64,000 nt of DNA, taken from assembly GCA_019414515.1 (NCBI GenBank), contig DXLX01000036.1, positions 49,438 to 113,437 on the forward strand. The letters run 5' to 3'. The notes under the pieces were generated by a model. It worked only from the letters and a program-made list of their open reading frames with translations, was not told the origin of the DNA and made no database searches. Source of the stretch: Collinsella sp. Its GTDB lineage: Bacteria > Actinomycetota > Coriobacteriia > Coriobacteriales > Coriobacteriaceae. The translations under genes and the position numbers were made by a program. Below are positions 17,012 through 25,099 of this stretch, in pieces (positions within the stretch are counted from its first letter, which is position 1; the number at the start of each line of letters is the position of its first letter).

Positions 17012-17045
17012 TAAAAAACGGGCGCGAACCGAGGTCCGCGCCCGT
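17012..17045 (-). terminator. intrinsic terminator after galU
   Basis: Stem ACGGGCGCG / CGCGCCCGT followed by TTTTTT on the minus strand. Confidence 0.75.
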
Positions 17046-17065
17046 AAATGTCGATGCCCGAAGGC

Positions 17066-17974
17066 TTACTTGCGCATCAATCCGCCGCGCTCGTCGATGG
17101 CATCCCAGAAGGCATCGGCAAAGCGGGGGTCGCTTGCGGCCATGAGGGCGTTGGTGGCCATCCAGCCAGAGGGAGTGCCGGTGTCGTAGCCCGACAGCGG
17201 GTCAATGACGACGGCATACATGGCCTCGCGGTCGAGCGAACGGGCCATGGCGTCGGTGAGCTGGATCTCGCCGCCCTTGCCGGCCTGCTGATCTGCCAGC
17301 AGGTCCATGACCAGCGGGCTCAGCAGGTAGCGACCGACGATGTACAGATTGGACGGAGCCGCCTCGGGAGCGGGCTTCTCGACCAGACCGCCGATGCGCC
17401 AGACAGCGCCCGGCTCTGCATCGGCAACGTCCTCGGCACCCTCGAGCGAACCGACGCGCTCACCGGCGATAACGCCGTAGCGGCTGACTTCCTCGGGCGA
17501 GCAAGCAGCGACGGCGATAACCGAAGCGCCACCGTGCTCCTTGGAAACGGCGAGCATCTTGTCGCAGATGTCGCGGTTAGGCACAACGTAGTCGCCCAGA
17601 AGAACCAGGAAGTTCTCCCCTGCCACGGCGTCGGCGGCAGAGCGAATAGCATGGCCGAGGCCCTTGGGCTCGTACTGATAACGGAAGTCGACCGGCATAC
17701 CGCCAGCGTGGGCGACGGCGTCGGCATAGGCGTTCTTGCCGCGCTCGCGCAGCAGGTTCTCGAGCGAGCGATCGGGCTGGAAGTAGTTCAGTAGCTCGGG
17801 CTTACCGGGAGAAGTAACGATGATGGCATCGTCGACCTCCTCGGGATCGAGCGCCTCCTCGACGACGTACTGGATGACGGGCTTGTCGAGCACCGGCAGC
17901 ATCTCTTTGGGCGTGCACTTGGTGCCAGGCAGAAAACGCGTGCCAAGACCGGCGGCGGGGATGATTGCTTTCAT
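17066..17974 (-). CDS. galU: UTP--glucose-1-phosphate uridylyltransferase
   Basis: MKAIIPAAGLGTRFLPGTKCTPKEMLPV N-terminal signature. ORF-track start at 17983 is a TTG; the ATG at 17974 is preferred. Confidence 0.85.
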   Translation of the reverse strand: MKAIIPAAGLGTRFLPGTKCTPKEMLPVLDKPVIQYVVEEALDPEEVDDAIIVTSPGKPELLNYFQPDRSLENLLRERGKNAYADAVAHAGGMPVDFRYQYEPKGLGHAIRSAADAVAGENFLVLLGDYVVPNRDICDKMLAVSKEHGGASVIAVAACSPEEVSRYGVIAGERVGSLEGAEDVADAEPGAVWRIGGLVEKPAPEAAPSNLYIVGRYLLSPLVMDLLADQQAGKGGEIQLTDAMARSLDREAMYAVVIDPLSGYDTGTPSGWMATNALMAASDPRFADAFWDAIDERGGLMRK

Positions 17975-18224
17975 GTTATTCAAAGATCCTTTCGCAGGCG
18001 CAAGATGCGCCCTGTGCGTGCGGCACGGCGGCCGCAGACCAAATTGCGATACCCAAGCATCTTACCGCTGGAACTATATGTCGCTACAAGGCAGAGACAA
18101 TTCTTCAGCAGGTCAACGCAAATTATTGCTCGAATGGTGCAATTTTATTGCCCAACGGCAGGGTGCCCGATACGACGCAAATTACAGAACATGGCAGTTT
18201 GAGCAACCGATGTCGAGGGACCGA

Positions 18225-18262
18225 AAAACAAAAAAGACGGGGCTCGCAATGCGAACCCCGTC
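18225..18262 (-). terminator. intrinsic terminator after rplL
   Basis: Stem GACGGGG..CCCCGTC followed by a long T-run on the minus strand. Confidence 0.8.
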
Positions 18263-18290
18263 TGCAAAGAAATCTGGCGAGAAAGCCTGA

Positions 18291-18668
18291 TTACTTGAGG
18301 GTGACAGCAGCGCCAGCAGCCTCGAGCTTCTCCTTGGCAGCCTCGGCGTCCTCCTTCTTGGCACCCTCGAGAACAGCCTTGGGAGCGCCCTCGACGACCT
18401 CCTTGGCCTCCTTCAGGCCAAGGTTGGTGAGCTCACGGACGGCCTTGATGACCTGGATCTTGTTGTCGCCGAAGCCCTCGAGCACGACGTCAAACTCGGT
18501 CTTCTCCTCGGCCTCAGCAGCGCCAGCAGCGGGAGCGGCGACAACAGCGGCAGGAGCAGCGGCGGAAACGCCGAAGGTGTCCTCGATAGCCTTAACGAGC
18601 TCGGAAGCCTCGAGAAGGGTCATTTCCTTAAGAGCATCGATGATCTCATCGGTGGTAAGCTTAGCCAT
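18291..18668 (-). CDS. rplL: 50S ribosomal protein L7/L12
   Basis: ORF trimmed to Met12 ([26 protein letters not shown]); 125 aa. Confidence 0.95.
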   Translation of the reverse strand: MAKLTTDEIIDALKEMTLLEASELVKAIEDTFGVSAAAPAAVVAAPAAGAAEAEEKTEFDVVLEGFGDNKIQVIKAVRELTNLGLKEAKEVVEGAPKAVLEGAKKEDAEAAKEKLEAAGAAVTLK

Positions 18669-18770
18669 TTCTAAGTCCTTTCGGTTTCCGTGCGAATGCA
18701 CGGAGATCAGTTAAAACACGGCGCGAATGCGCCAGGGGTGCGGCGTTGCCGCCGCGGGTGAAAACAGCGA

Positions 18771-19292
18771 CTAGGCTGCCTTCTGCTCGGAGACCTGCTG
18801 GATCGAACGAGCGAGACCAGAGGAAACGCCGTTGACGCAGACAGCGATGTCGCGAGCGAAACCGGAGATGAGACCGGCGATCTGGCCGAGAAGCTGATCC
18901 TTGGTGGGCAGCTCGGCGATAGCCTTAACATCATCAGCGGAAACGGCCTTGCCGTCGGAGATACCGCCCTTGATCTCAAGGACGCCCTTGGACTTAGCGG
19001 AGAAGTCCTTAAGGGCCTTAGCGGCCTCGACCGGCTCGGACTCGTAGAACACATAAGCGACGGGGCCGGCGAGAATCTCGTCGAGCTCGGGCTGCTCCTG
19101 GTTCTTGAGAGCGATCTTGACCAGGTTGTTCTTGTAGACCTTCATCTCGGCGCCGCACTCGCGAAGCTGATGACGCAGCTCCTGAGCCTGCTTAACCGTC
19201 AGACCGTTGTAGTTGACGACGAACAGACCGGCGTTCTCGGCGATACGGGACTCGATCTCTGCAACCTTGTCGATTTTGTACTGCTGGGGCAT
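18771..19292 (-). CDS. rplJ: 50S ribosomal protein L10
   Basis: 173 aa; lies directly upstream of rplL. Confidence 0.95.
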   Translation of the reverse strand: MPQQYKIDKVAEIESRIAENAGLFVVNYNGLTVKQAQELRHQLRECGAEMKVYKNNLVKIALKNQEQPELDEILAGPVAYVFYESEPVEAAKALKDFSAKSKGVLEIKGGISDGKAVSADDVKAIAELPTKDQLLGQIAGLISGFARDIAVCVNGVSSGLARSIQQVSEQKAA

Positions 19293-19502
19293 GAATTACA
19301 CCTCCTCGAATTCTTTCCGGGCACGGTCCGCCACAAGGACGTGACGGGGGCATGTCCAAAAAGAAAGCCCCCGCGCTGCATGAGCGACGGGGGCGAGAAG
19401 ACATATCTACTCGACCACCTCGGCTGGCGGGATATCCCATTAAGCTCGCGGGTAAGACCCGTTTGCGCCGGCTGTCTCTGGCAGCGGATTCGTGCGTGAA
19501 CC
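19293..19502 (-). promoter_or_regulatory. long 5' leader of rplJ-rplL (possible L10-leader autoregulatory RNA)
   Basis: About 210 nt between the candidate promoter and the rplJ ATG, G+C-rich with hairpin potential. L10 leaders are known in this position, but I did not verify the structure. Confidence 0.3.
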
Positions 19503-19508
19503 GAAAGT

Positions 19509-19537
19509 ATTATGGCGGGGACCCCGGCGTCGGTCAA
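19509..19537 (-). promoter_or_regulatory. candidate promoter of rplJ-rplL
   Basis: Minus strand TTGACC-17 nt-CATAAT. Pattern match only. Confidence 0.35.
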
Positions 19538-19541
19538 CGGG

Positions 19542-19729
19542 CGCGAGGATTCGTCCACAAACCCTGCATACGCTCCGGCCGGGAGGGGCAGGGCGAGTTT
19601 TCCGCTCGGTCAAGTCCTGGGCTCGCACGAAGGCCACATTAAGTGGCCTTCGGCTCGTGCGGAATCTACGGAAAACTCGCCCTGCCCCTCCCGGCCGGAG
19701 CTACGGCAACTTTGCTGCGAATCCTCGCG
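19542..19729. repeat. nested palindromic element, copy B (188 nt)
   Basis: Outer clamp CGCGAGGATTCG / CGAATCCTCGCG; perfect 32-bp inverted repeat 19573-19604 / 19669-19700. Core 19613-19666 is homologous to 6785-6838. Confidence 0.8.
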
Positions 19730-19796
19730 TCCGGTGAGCGGCGCGCCCCACGCATAACCCTTATGTCGGTGGGCTGATGTGTTGCGTCCCGTTGGG

Positions 19797-20933
19797 CTAT
19801 AAGGTTGAAATGAAGGTGGACAGGCGATTTAGGCCTTCGTCCAGATCTTGGTCGGAGACGCAGTAGCTTAGGCGGATGTGGCCTTCGGTTCCGAAACAGT
19901 CGCCCGGGACTAGGGCTACGTTGGCCTCTTTGATGGCTTTGATGCAGAAGTCTTCGCTGGTTAGGCCGAACTTTTTGATGCTCGGGAAAGTGTAGAAGGC
20001 TCCTGCGGGCTCTACTACGTCGAGGCCCATGGCGTCTAAGGCTGCGAGTACGCGCTCGCGGCGGGCTCGATAGACTTCGAGCATGGGGGTTGGGTCGACG
20101 GTCAGGGCTCGGGCTGCGGCGTCCATTTCGAAGGAGACAGCACTCGATACTAGGTATTGGTGGGCTTTTGCGATCTCGGCGATGACGGGGGTTGCCGCTG
20201 CGAGCCAGCCCAGGCGCCAGCCGGTCATAGCCCAGGGCTTGGAGAAGCTCTCGATGACTACCGTCTGCTCACGAAGCTCCGGGTGGCGCTGGGCAAAGCG
20301 CTCGTAGCCGTCCACGTAGACCAGGCGGTTGTATACGTCGTCGCAGATCACGTAGATGCCCGCCTGCTCCGCCACGTGTGCCACGGCGTCGAGCGATGCT
20401 GCGTTGAGGATGCAGCCCGTGGGGTTGTTGGGCGAGCAGATGACGATGGCCTTGGTCGCCGGTGTCACGCAGGCACGAAGCGCTTCCTCATCGATCTGGA
20501 ATTGCGCGGGCTCCGTATCAAAAAAGACCGCCTTAGCGTGGTTGGCCACGACGATGCTCTCGTACAGGCCAAAGGCCGGCGTGGGGATGATGACCTCGTC
20601 GCCGGGGTTGAGCATAGCCATGAATGTTGCCGACAGGGCCTCGGTCGCGCCGTCGGTCAGGATGACCTCATCGGCGGAAAACGCCAGGCCCGCGTCATCC
20701 ATATATTTGGACAGAGCATCACGCAGGGCGGGGCGACCGTTGTTGGGCGGATAGTGCGTGTCGCCGCGGTCCAGTGCGGCGGTCACCTCGGCGCTAATCA
20801 CATCGGGCGTGGGAAAATCGGGCTCGCCGAGCGCGAGCGCGATGCACCCCGGATGCTGGGCGGCGAGCGCGTTAATCCGACGGATGCCGGAGGGCTTGAG
20901 CGTGGCAAGCGAGGTATTCATGGGCAGACGCAT
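19797..20933 (-). CDS. PLP-dependent aminotransferase, class I/II
   Basis: 378 aa; LKPSGIRR...LALGEPDFPTP N-terminal signature and a SFSKPWAMTGWRLGW PLP-lysine region. Confidence 0.8.
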   Translation of the reverse strand: MRLPMNTSLATLKPSGIRRINALAAQHPGCIALALGEPDFPTPDVISAEVTAALDRGDTHYPPNNGRPALRDALSKYMDDAGLAFSADEVILTDGATEALSATFMAMLNPGDEVIIPTPAFGLYESIVVANHAKAVFFDTEPAQFQIDEEALRACVTPATKAIVICSPNNPTGCILNAASLDAVAHVAEQAGIYVICDDVYNRLVYVDGYERFAQRHPELREQTVVIESFSKPWAMTGWRLGWLAAATPVIAEIAKAHQYLVSSAVSFEMDAAARALTVDPTPMLEVYRARRERVLAALDAMGLDVVEPAGAFYTFPSIKKFGLTSEDFCIKAIKEANVALVPGDCFGTEGHIRLSYCVSDQDLDEGLNRLSTFISTL

Positions 20934-21026
20934 GGCGTTCCTTTCGTAAGGGTTGCACTAGGATAGCGCGGCGGGGCGCCACCAGACGGTGTAACCTAAA
21001 CGGAAACCAACCGGAAAGGAGGCAGC

Positions 21027-21683
21027 ATGGAGACGACCGCACGCGGCGATGTACCAAAAACACTGCAAACCATTGCGTATATCAGCATTCCCAATAGCGA
21101 CGATCTTGAGTTTTTGCTCTGGGACCTGCAGGATGCCATCACCGCCTATGCACAGCTTTCCGGCACCGCACTCCCCCACCCGGTCGACTTGAAGGCAAAT
21201 GACGCCGGCAGCGTTGCCGATGGCATCGTGCTGGCCATTGAAGATGTGGCTGACGATAAGACGTTGACAGCCATCGAGCAGGCGCTTGAGCGCTTTGGCG
21301 GTACGGGAACGCGTGTCTACGCCGCGATTCGAGCCGCACAACAGGGCACTGAGCAGGCGCGTGAGACCGCCGTTCGCCTGCACAAGGCATGTGAGCGCCA
21401 TAACCAATTGTGGTGTGGCGGCGTTGCCATCTGCGCTGGCAGCGGCATTGCGGCGCTTCGTCGCTCCCCGCGCATGGGACTCTTGCGGCGACCGTTTTCG
21501 GAGGCCATGGACAAGCTCGTGGGCGCCGTTCGTATGGGGTGTTCCGTCGAACACGCGCAGAAGCTCAGTGGCGCCGCAACGGGCGGCGTCGACACCGACG
21601 GCATGGTGCGCGCCACGCCTGCACTGCCCACACCGATCTGGCACGCCGTTATGAGGCATCTTGCCGAGCACTCAAACTGCTAA
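21027..21683 (+). CDS. hypothetical protein
   Basis: 218 aa; strong RBS (AAAGGAGG) 5 nt before the ATG; protein-like composition, unlike the antisense ORF 20958..21671. No family recognised. Confidence 0.5.
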   Translation: METTARGDVPKTLQTIAYISIPNSDDLEFLLWDLQDAITAYAQLSGTALPHPVDLKANDAGSVADGIVLAIEDVADDKTLTAIEQALERFGGTGTRVYAAIRAAQQGTEQARETAVRLHKACERHNQLWCGGVAICAGSGIAALRRSPRMGLLRRPFSEAMDKLVGAVRMGCSVEHAQKLSGAATGGVDTDGMVRATPALPTPIWHAVMRHLAEHSNC

Positions 21684-22249
21684 ATCGAAAAAGCCTGCCA
21701 ATCAGCGGCGCCGCTCCAACGCTCGACAAGGCGTTCCAGACGCCACGCCGCATTGGCGGGACTTGTCGACGGCAGAACGATGGCCGGCAGCCCGGTGCGC
21801 TCTTGTAGATAGCGCTTGTAGAGCCGGCCAGCTGTACCACCGTTGCATATCACCTGCTCAATGGGAGCTGCGCCGGTAATGCGCTCGATATGTGCCGGCA
21901 CAACGTTGCGGATGCTCGCGTCGCTCGAGCCCTTAATGTCGCAGCTCTCGATTGCATCCCACAGGGCCACGCCGCCGTTCAGCAGCATGGCCCGCTTGGC
22001 GGCAATGGAGGCATCGAGCGTCGCGGGCTCACCGCTTGCCAAAGGATCGCCCTCGTTGGGCGGCACAGGCATACCGAGGCACGTGGCCATCACACGCCAA
22101 AAGCGATTCTGAGGGTTGCCGTAATAAAAGGCATTGGCGCGCGAAAGCACCGAGGGAAACGACCCGAGCACCAAAACGCGCGAGTGCTCGTCAAACACGG
22201 GCTCAAACCCATGCTCAATATGTTGATAGCCCTCGTCAGACACGGCCAT
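21680..22249 (-). CDS. DNA-deoxyinosine glycosylase (UDG superfamily)
   Basis: 189 aa; VLVLGSFPSVLSRANAFYYGNPQNRFW motif typical of hypoxanthine-DNA glycosylases. Confidence 0.65.
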   Translation of the reverse strand: MAVSDEGYQHIEHGFEPVFDEHSRVLVLGSFPSVLSRANAFYYGNPQNRFWRVMATCLGMPVPPNEGDPLASGEPATLDASIAAKRAMLLNGGVALWDAIESCDIKGSSDASIRNVVPAHIERITGAAPIEQVICNGGTAGRLYKRYLQERTGLPAIVLPSTSPANAAWRLERLVERWSGAADWQAFSI

Positions 22250-22252
22250 GGG

Positions 22253-23629
22253 CTAGGCTCTCAACAGATAGCGCACCTCGTAGGGTGCAAGCTCAAGGGT
22301 ACCCGTCAGCTCGACCGTGGGCGCATCGTCGGCAAGCAGGTCGACGAAGGAGCCGTTGAGTTCGCCGGCGCCAAAGGTGTAAGGCTCACCCACGGCATTC
22401 ACCGCCACGAGCACCGCCGCGTCGTCGCAGGCGCGCTCGAACAGCAGCTGCTTGTTCTGGATCACCACGTTGCGATAGGCACCGTAGTTGAGAGCACGGG
22501 CAGCCGCGTCGTCGGCCGAGCGAAGGTGCGCAAGCTGCGTGATGAACGCCGTCAGCTCGTTGGGCGCAGGCTCATTGAGCGCAGGTCGCAGCGCCCAGTC
22601 GCCATCGGGGCCGCCCTTTTCGCCAGCAATTCCCCACTCGCTGCCATAGTAGACGCACGGGATGCCCGGCATGCCAAAGAGCATGCCATAGGCGGGACGC
22701 AGGCAGGATTTGTCGGTGAGGATACTTGCCAGGCGCGGCACATCGTGGTTGTCGACAAACGAAAGCAGATGTTTGCCGCGGTAGATGCACCAAGGGTCGC
22801 CGCCAAACTGACGGTGCAGCGAATGGGCGATCTCGAACATGTTGACCGAGTTAAAGCTGGAATACAGGCCCTTGTAGCACTCGTAATTAGTGCACGAGTC
22901 GAGCATCTCGTCGTTGACGATCTGATTGTAGTCGCCGTGGAGCGTCTCGCCGATGAGCACAAAGCCGGGCTTGAGCTCACGGGTAAAGGAGTGTAGGCGG
23001 CGCATAAAGTCGCGGTCGAGCATGTAGGCGACGTCCAGGCGCAGGCCGTCGACGCCAAAGACGTCGGCCCAACGGCGCACAGACTCGAGCAGGTAATCGA
23101 CCACAGCGGGATTTTGCAGGTTGAGCTTCACAAGCTCAAAATGACCCTCCCAGCCCTCGTACCAAAAGCCGTCGCCATAGCAGGAGTCGCCGTCAAAACT
23201 GATGTGAAACCAATCCTTGTACGGCGAATCCCACTTGCGCTCCTGCACATCGCGGAAGGCCCAAAAGCCGCGACCGACGTGGTTGAAGACGGCATCGAGC
23301 ACCACGCGGATGCCATGGGCGTGCAGCGTGTCGCATACGGCGGCAAAGTCGGCATCCCCGCCCAGGCGACGGTCTATATGGCGCAGGCTGCGCGTGTCGT
23401 AGCCGTGACTATCGGACTCGAGCGGCGGGTTGATGAGCACAGCGCCAACGCCGAGTTTTTGCAGGCAGTCGGCCCATTGGGCAATCTTCATGATAGGAGC
23501 ATCGGGGTTGGGTTCGACATCGGCGGCCTGGGCGAGCTCATCCTCGGCAACGGGGGCGGCGTTTTCGCGCGGAGCTCCGCAAAAGCCCAGCGGATAGATC
23601 TGATAGAACGTCGTCTCGTATGCCCACAT
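22253..23629 (-). CDS. GH13 alpha-amylase family glycoside hydrolase
   Basis: 458 aa with GH13 conserved regions DAVFNH, GVDGLRLDVA, LIGE and FVDNHD. Confidence 0.8.
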   Translation of the reverse strand: MWAYETTFYQIYPLGFCGAPRENAAPVAEDELAQAADVEPNPDAPIMKIAQWADCLQKLGVGAVLINPPLESDSHGYDTRSLRHIDRRLGGDADFAAVCDTLHAHGIRVVLDAVFNHVGRGFWAFRDVQERKWDSPYKDWFHISFDGDSCYGDGFWYEGWEGHFELVKLNLQNPAVVDYLLESVRRWADVFGVDGLRLDVAYMLDRDFMRRLHSFTRELKPGFVLIGETLHGDYNQIVNDEMLDSCTNYECYKGLYSSFNSVNMFEIAHSLHRQFGGDPWCIYRGKHLLSFVDNHDVPRLASILTDKSCLRPAYGMLFGMPGIPCVYYGSEWGIAGEKGGPDGDWALRPALNEPAPNELTAFITQLAHLRSADDAAARALNYGAYRNVVIQNKQLLFERACDDAAVLVAVNAVGEPYTFGAGELNGSFVDLLADDAPTVELTGTLELAPYEVRYLLRA

Positions 23630-23700
23630 AGCAACCTCCCGGTAAGCTCAACACAACGACATCCATTGTATGCCCAGCTTGTATCCCCTCCCCCAAAATA

Positions 23701-23767
23701 AGTTGCGGTGGAATAGTTCCTGCTTGGGCCTTCAAAGGCCTTAAACAGGAACTATTCCACCGCAACT
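23701..23767. repeat. 67-nt palindromic element (perfect 22-bp arms); probably also the terminator of the MFS gene
   Basis: AGTTGCGGTGGAATAGTTCCTG-23 nt-CAGGAACTATTCCACCGCAACT. The left arm is identical to 27838-27859. Confidence 0.75.
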
Positions 23768-23782
23768 GATGAGGGGACGTGG

Positions 23783-24979
23783 CTAGGCGACGGGCTTGGC
23801 GCGGCGGATGGCTGGGAACATCACCGTGATGGCGAGGATAACGCCCACGACGGCAATCGCCCCGCCCACAAAGCCGATCCAAGCGATACCGGGACCCGAA
23901 ACCACGGCGCCGCCGATTGCGGTGCCCGTGCCGATACCGAGGTTAAACAGGCCCGAGAAGATCGACATGGCGACGGCCGACGAATCTGCCGACGTGCACT
24001 TGATGAGCTCGGCCTGAAACGCCACGTTAAAGGCCGTGGCGCAGCAACCCCACAGTGCGCAGACGGCAAGCACTGTCACGAGCGAAGATGCGGCCGGCCC
24101 CATGAGCAGCAGGGCCACCGGCACGCCGGAGAGCGTGATAGCCAAGAACGGGAAGCGATGCCCATCGAACAGGCGGCCAAACAGCCAGCTTCCGAGCAAA
24201 CCAGAGCAGCCAAACGCCGTCAGCGTCATGGTAATGGCGCCCGCATCGACGTGCGCGACCTGCGCCAGGAAGGGCTCGATATAGCTGTAGCTTGCGTAAT
24301 AGCCGGTCGCCATGAAGACCGTGACTGCGTAGAGCGCGATGAGGAGCGGGTTCTTGAGCAGCTCGGGCAGCTGTTTGACGGTAAAGCGCTCACCCGCCGG
24401 CATGGCCGGGAACACCGCTGCCTGGTAGACGACCGCGATGGCTGAGAGGCCCCCGACCACGGCAAACGTCATGCGCCAGCCCACGGCCAAGCCAATGGCG
24501 CGACCGAGAGGCAGGCCAAAGATCTGCGCGATGGACGAGCCCGTGGCGATCATGCTGATAGCGAGCGCCCCGTGGCGTGTGTCAACCAGGCGCGACGCCA
24601 TGATCGAGGCGACCGACCAGAACACGGCGTGCGCGCAGGCAACCACCAGGCGCGCGCAGACTAAGATGGGATAGGTCGGCGCCAAGGCGGACAGGAACTG
24701 GCCCAGCGAGAACACGGCAAGCACGCCCAGCAGCATCCGCTTGAACTCGAAACGCGAAGCGAACACCATGAGTGGCAACGACAGCAGCATGACGCCCCAG
24801 GCATAGACCGAGATCATGATGCCCGCCTGGGCCTCGGTGAGCGAGAACGACGCGGCGATATCAGTCAAAAGGCCGATGGGCATAAACTCCGACGTGTTGA
24901 ACACGAACGCACAGCAGGTGAGACCGACGAGTGGGAGCCACTGCCTGAGCGTGATGCCGTCTTGCCTTGTCTGAGTCAT
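23783..24979 (-). CDS. MFS transporter (sugar-efflux-like)
   Basis: ORF trimmed to Met33 (MTQTRQDGITLRQWLPLVGL...). About 12 hydrophobic segments. Confidence 0.8.
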   Translation of the reverse strand: MTQTRQDGITLRQWLPLVGLTCCAFVFNTSEFMPIGLLTDIAASFSLTEAQAGIMISVYAWGVMLLSLPLMVFASRFEFKRMLLGVLAVFSLGQFLSALAPTYPILVCARLVVACAHAVFWSVASIMASRLVDTRHGALAISMIATGSSIAQIFGLPLGRAIGLAVGWRMTFAVVGGLSAIAVVYQAAVFPAMPAGERFTVKQLPELLKNPLLIALYAVTVFMATGYYASYSYIEPFLAQVAHVDAGAITMTLTAFGCSGLLGSWLFGRLFDGHRFPFLAITLSGVPVALLLMGPAASSLVTVLAVCALWGCCATAFNVAFQAELIKCTSADSSAVAMSIFSGLFNLGIGTGTAIGGAVVSGPGIAWIGFVGGAIAVVGVILAITVMFPAIRRAKPVA

Positions 24980-25099
24980 ATATAACGTCTCCAATCGTTT
25001 TGAGCGGAGGCGATTATATAGCAACGGCCCCGCATCCGTCAGTACAGAAGCGGGGCCGAAAACAATTCGATACACAGAGGTTGCGCCGTCAATTCATAA

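Noticed and set aside
20958-21671. 237-aa minus-strand ORF as the true gene instead of 21027..21683 (+)
   Set aside because: It has Cys/Arg/Gly-rich shadow composition and no RBS. The plus-strand ORF has a strong AAAGGAGG RBS and normal composition.
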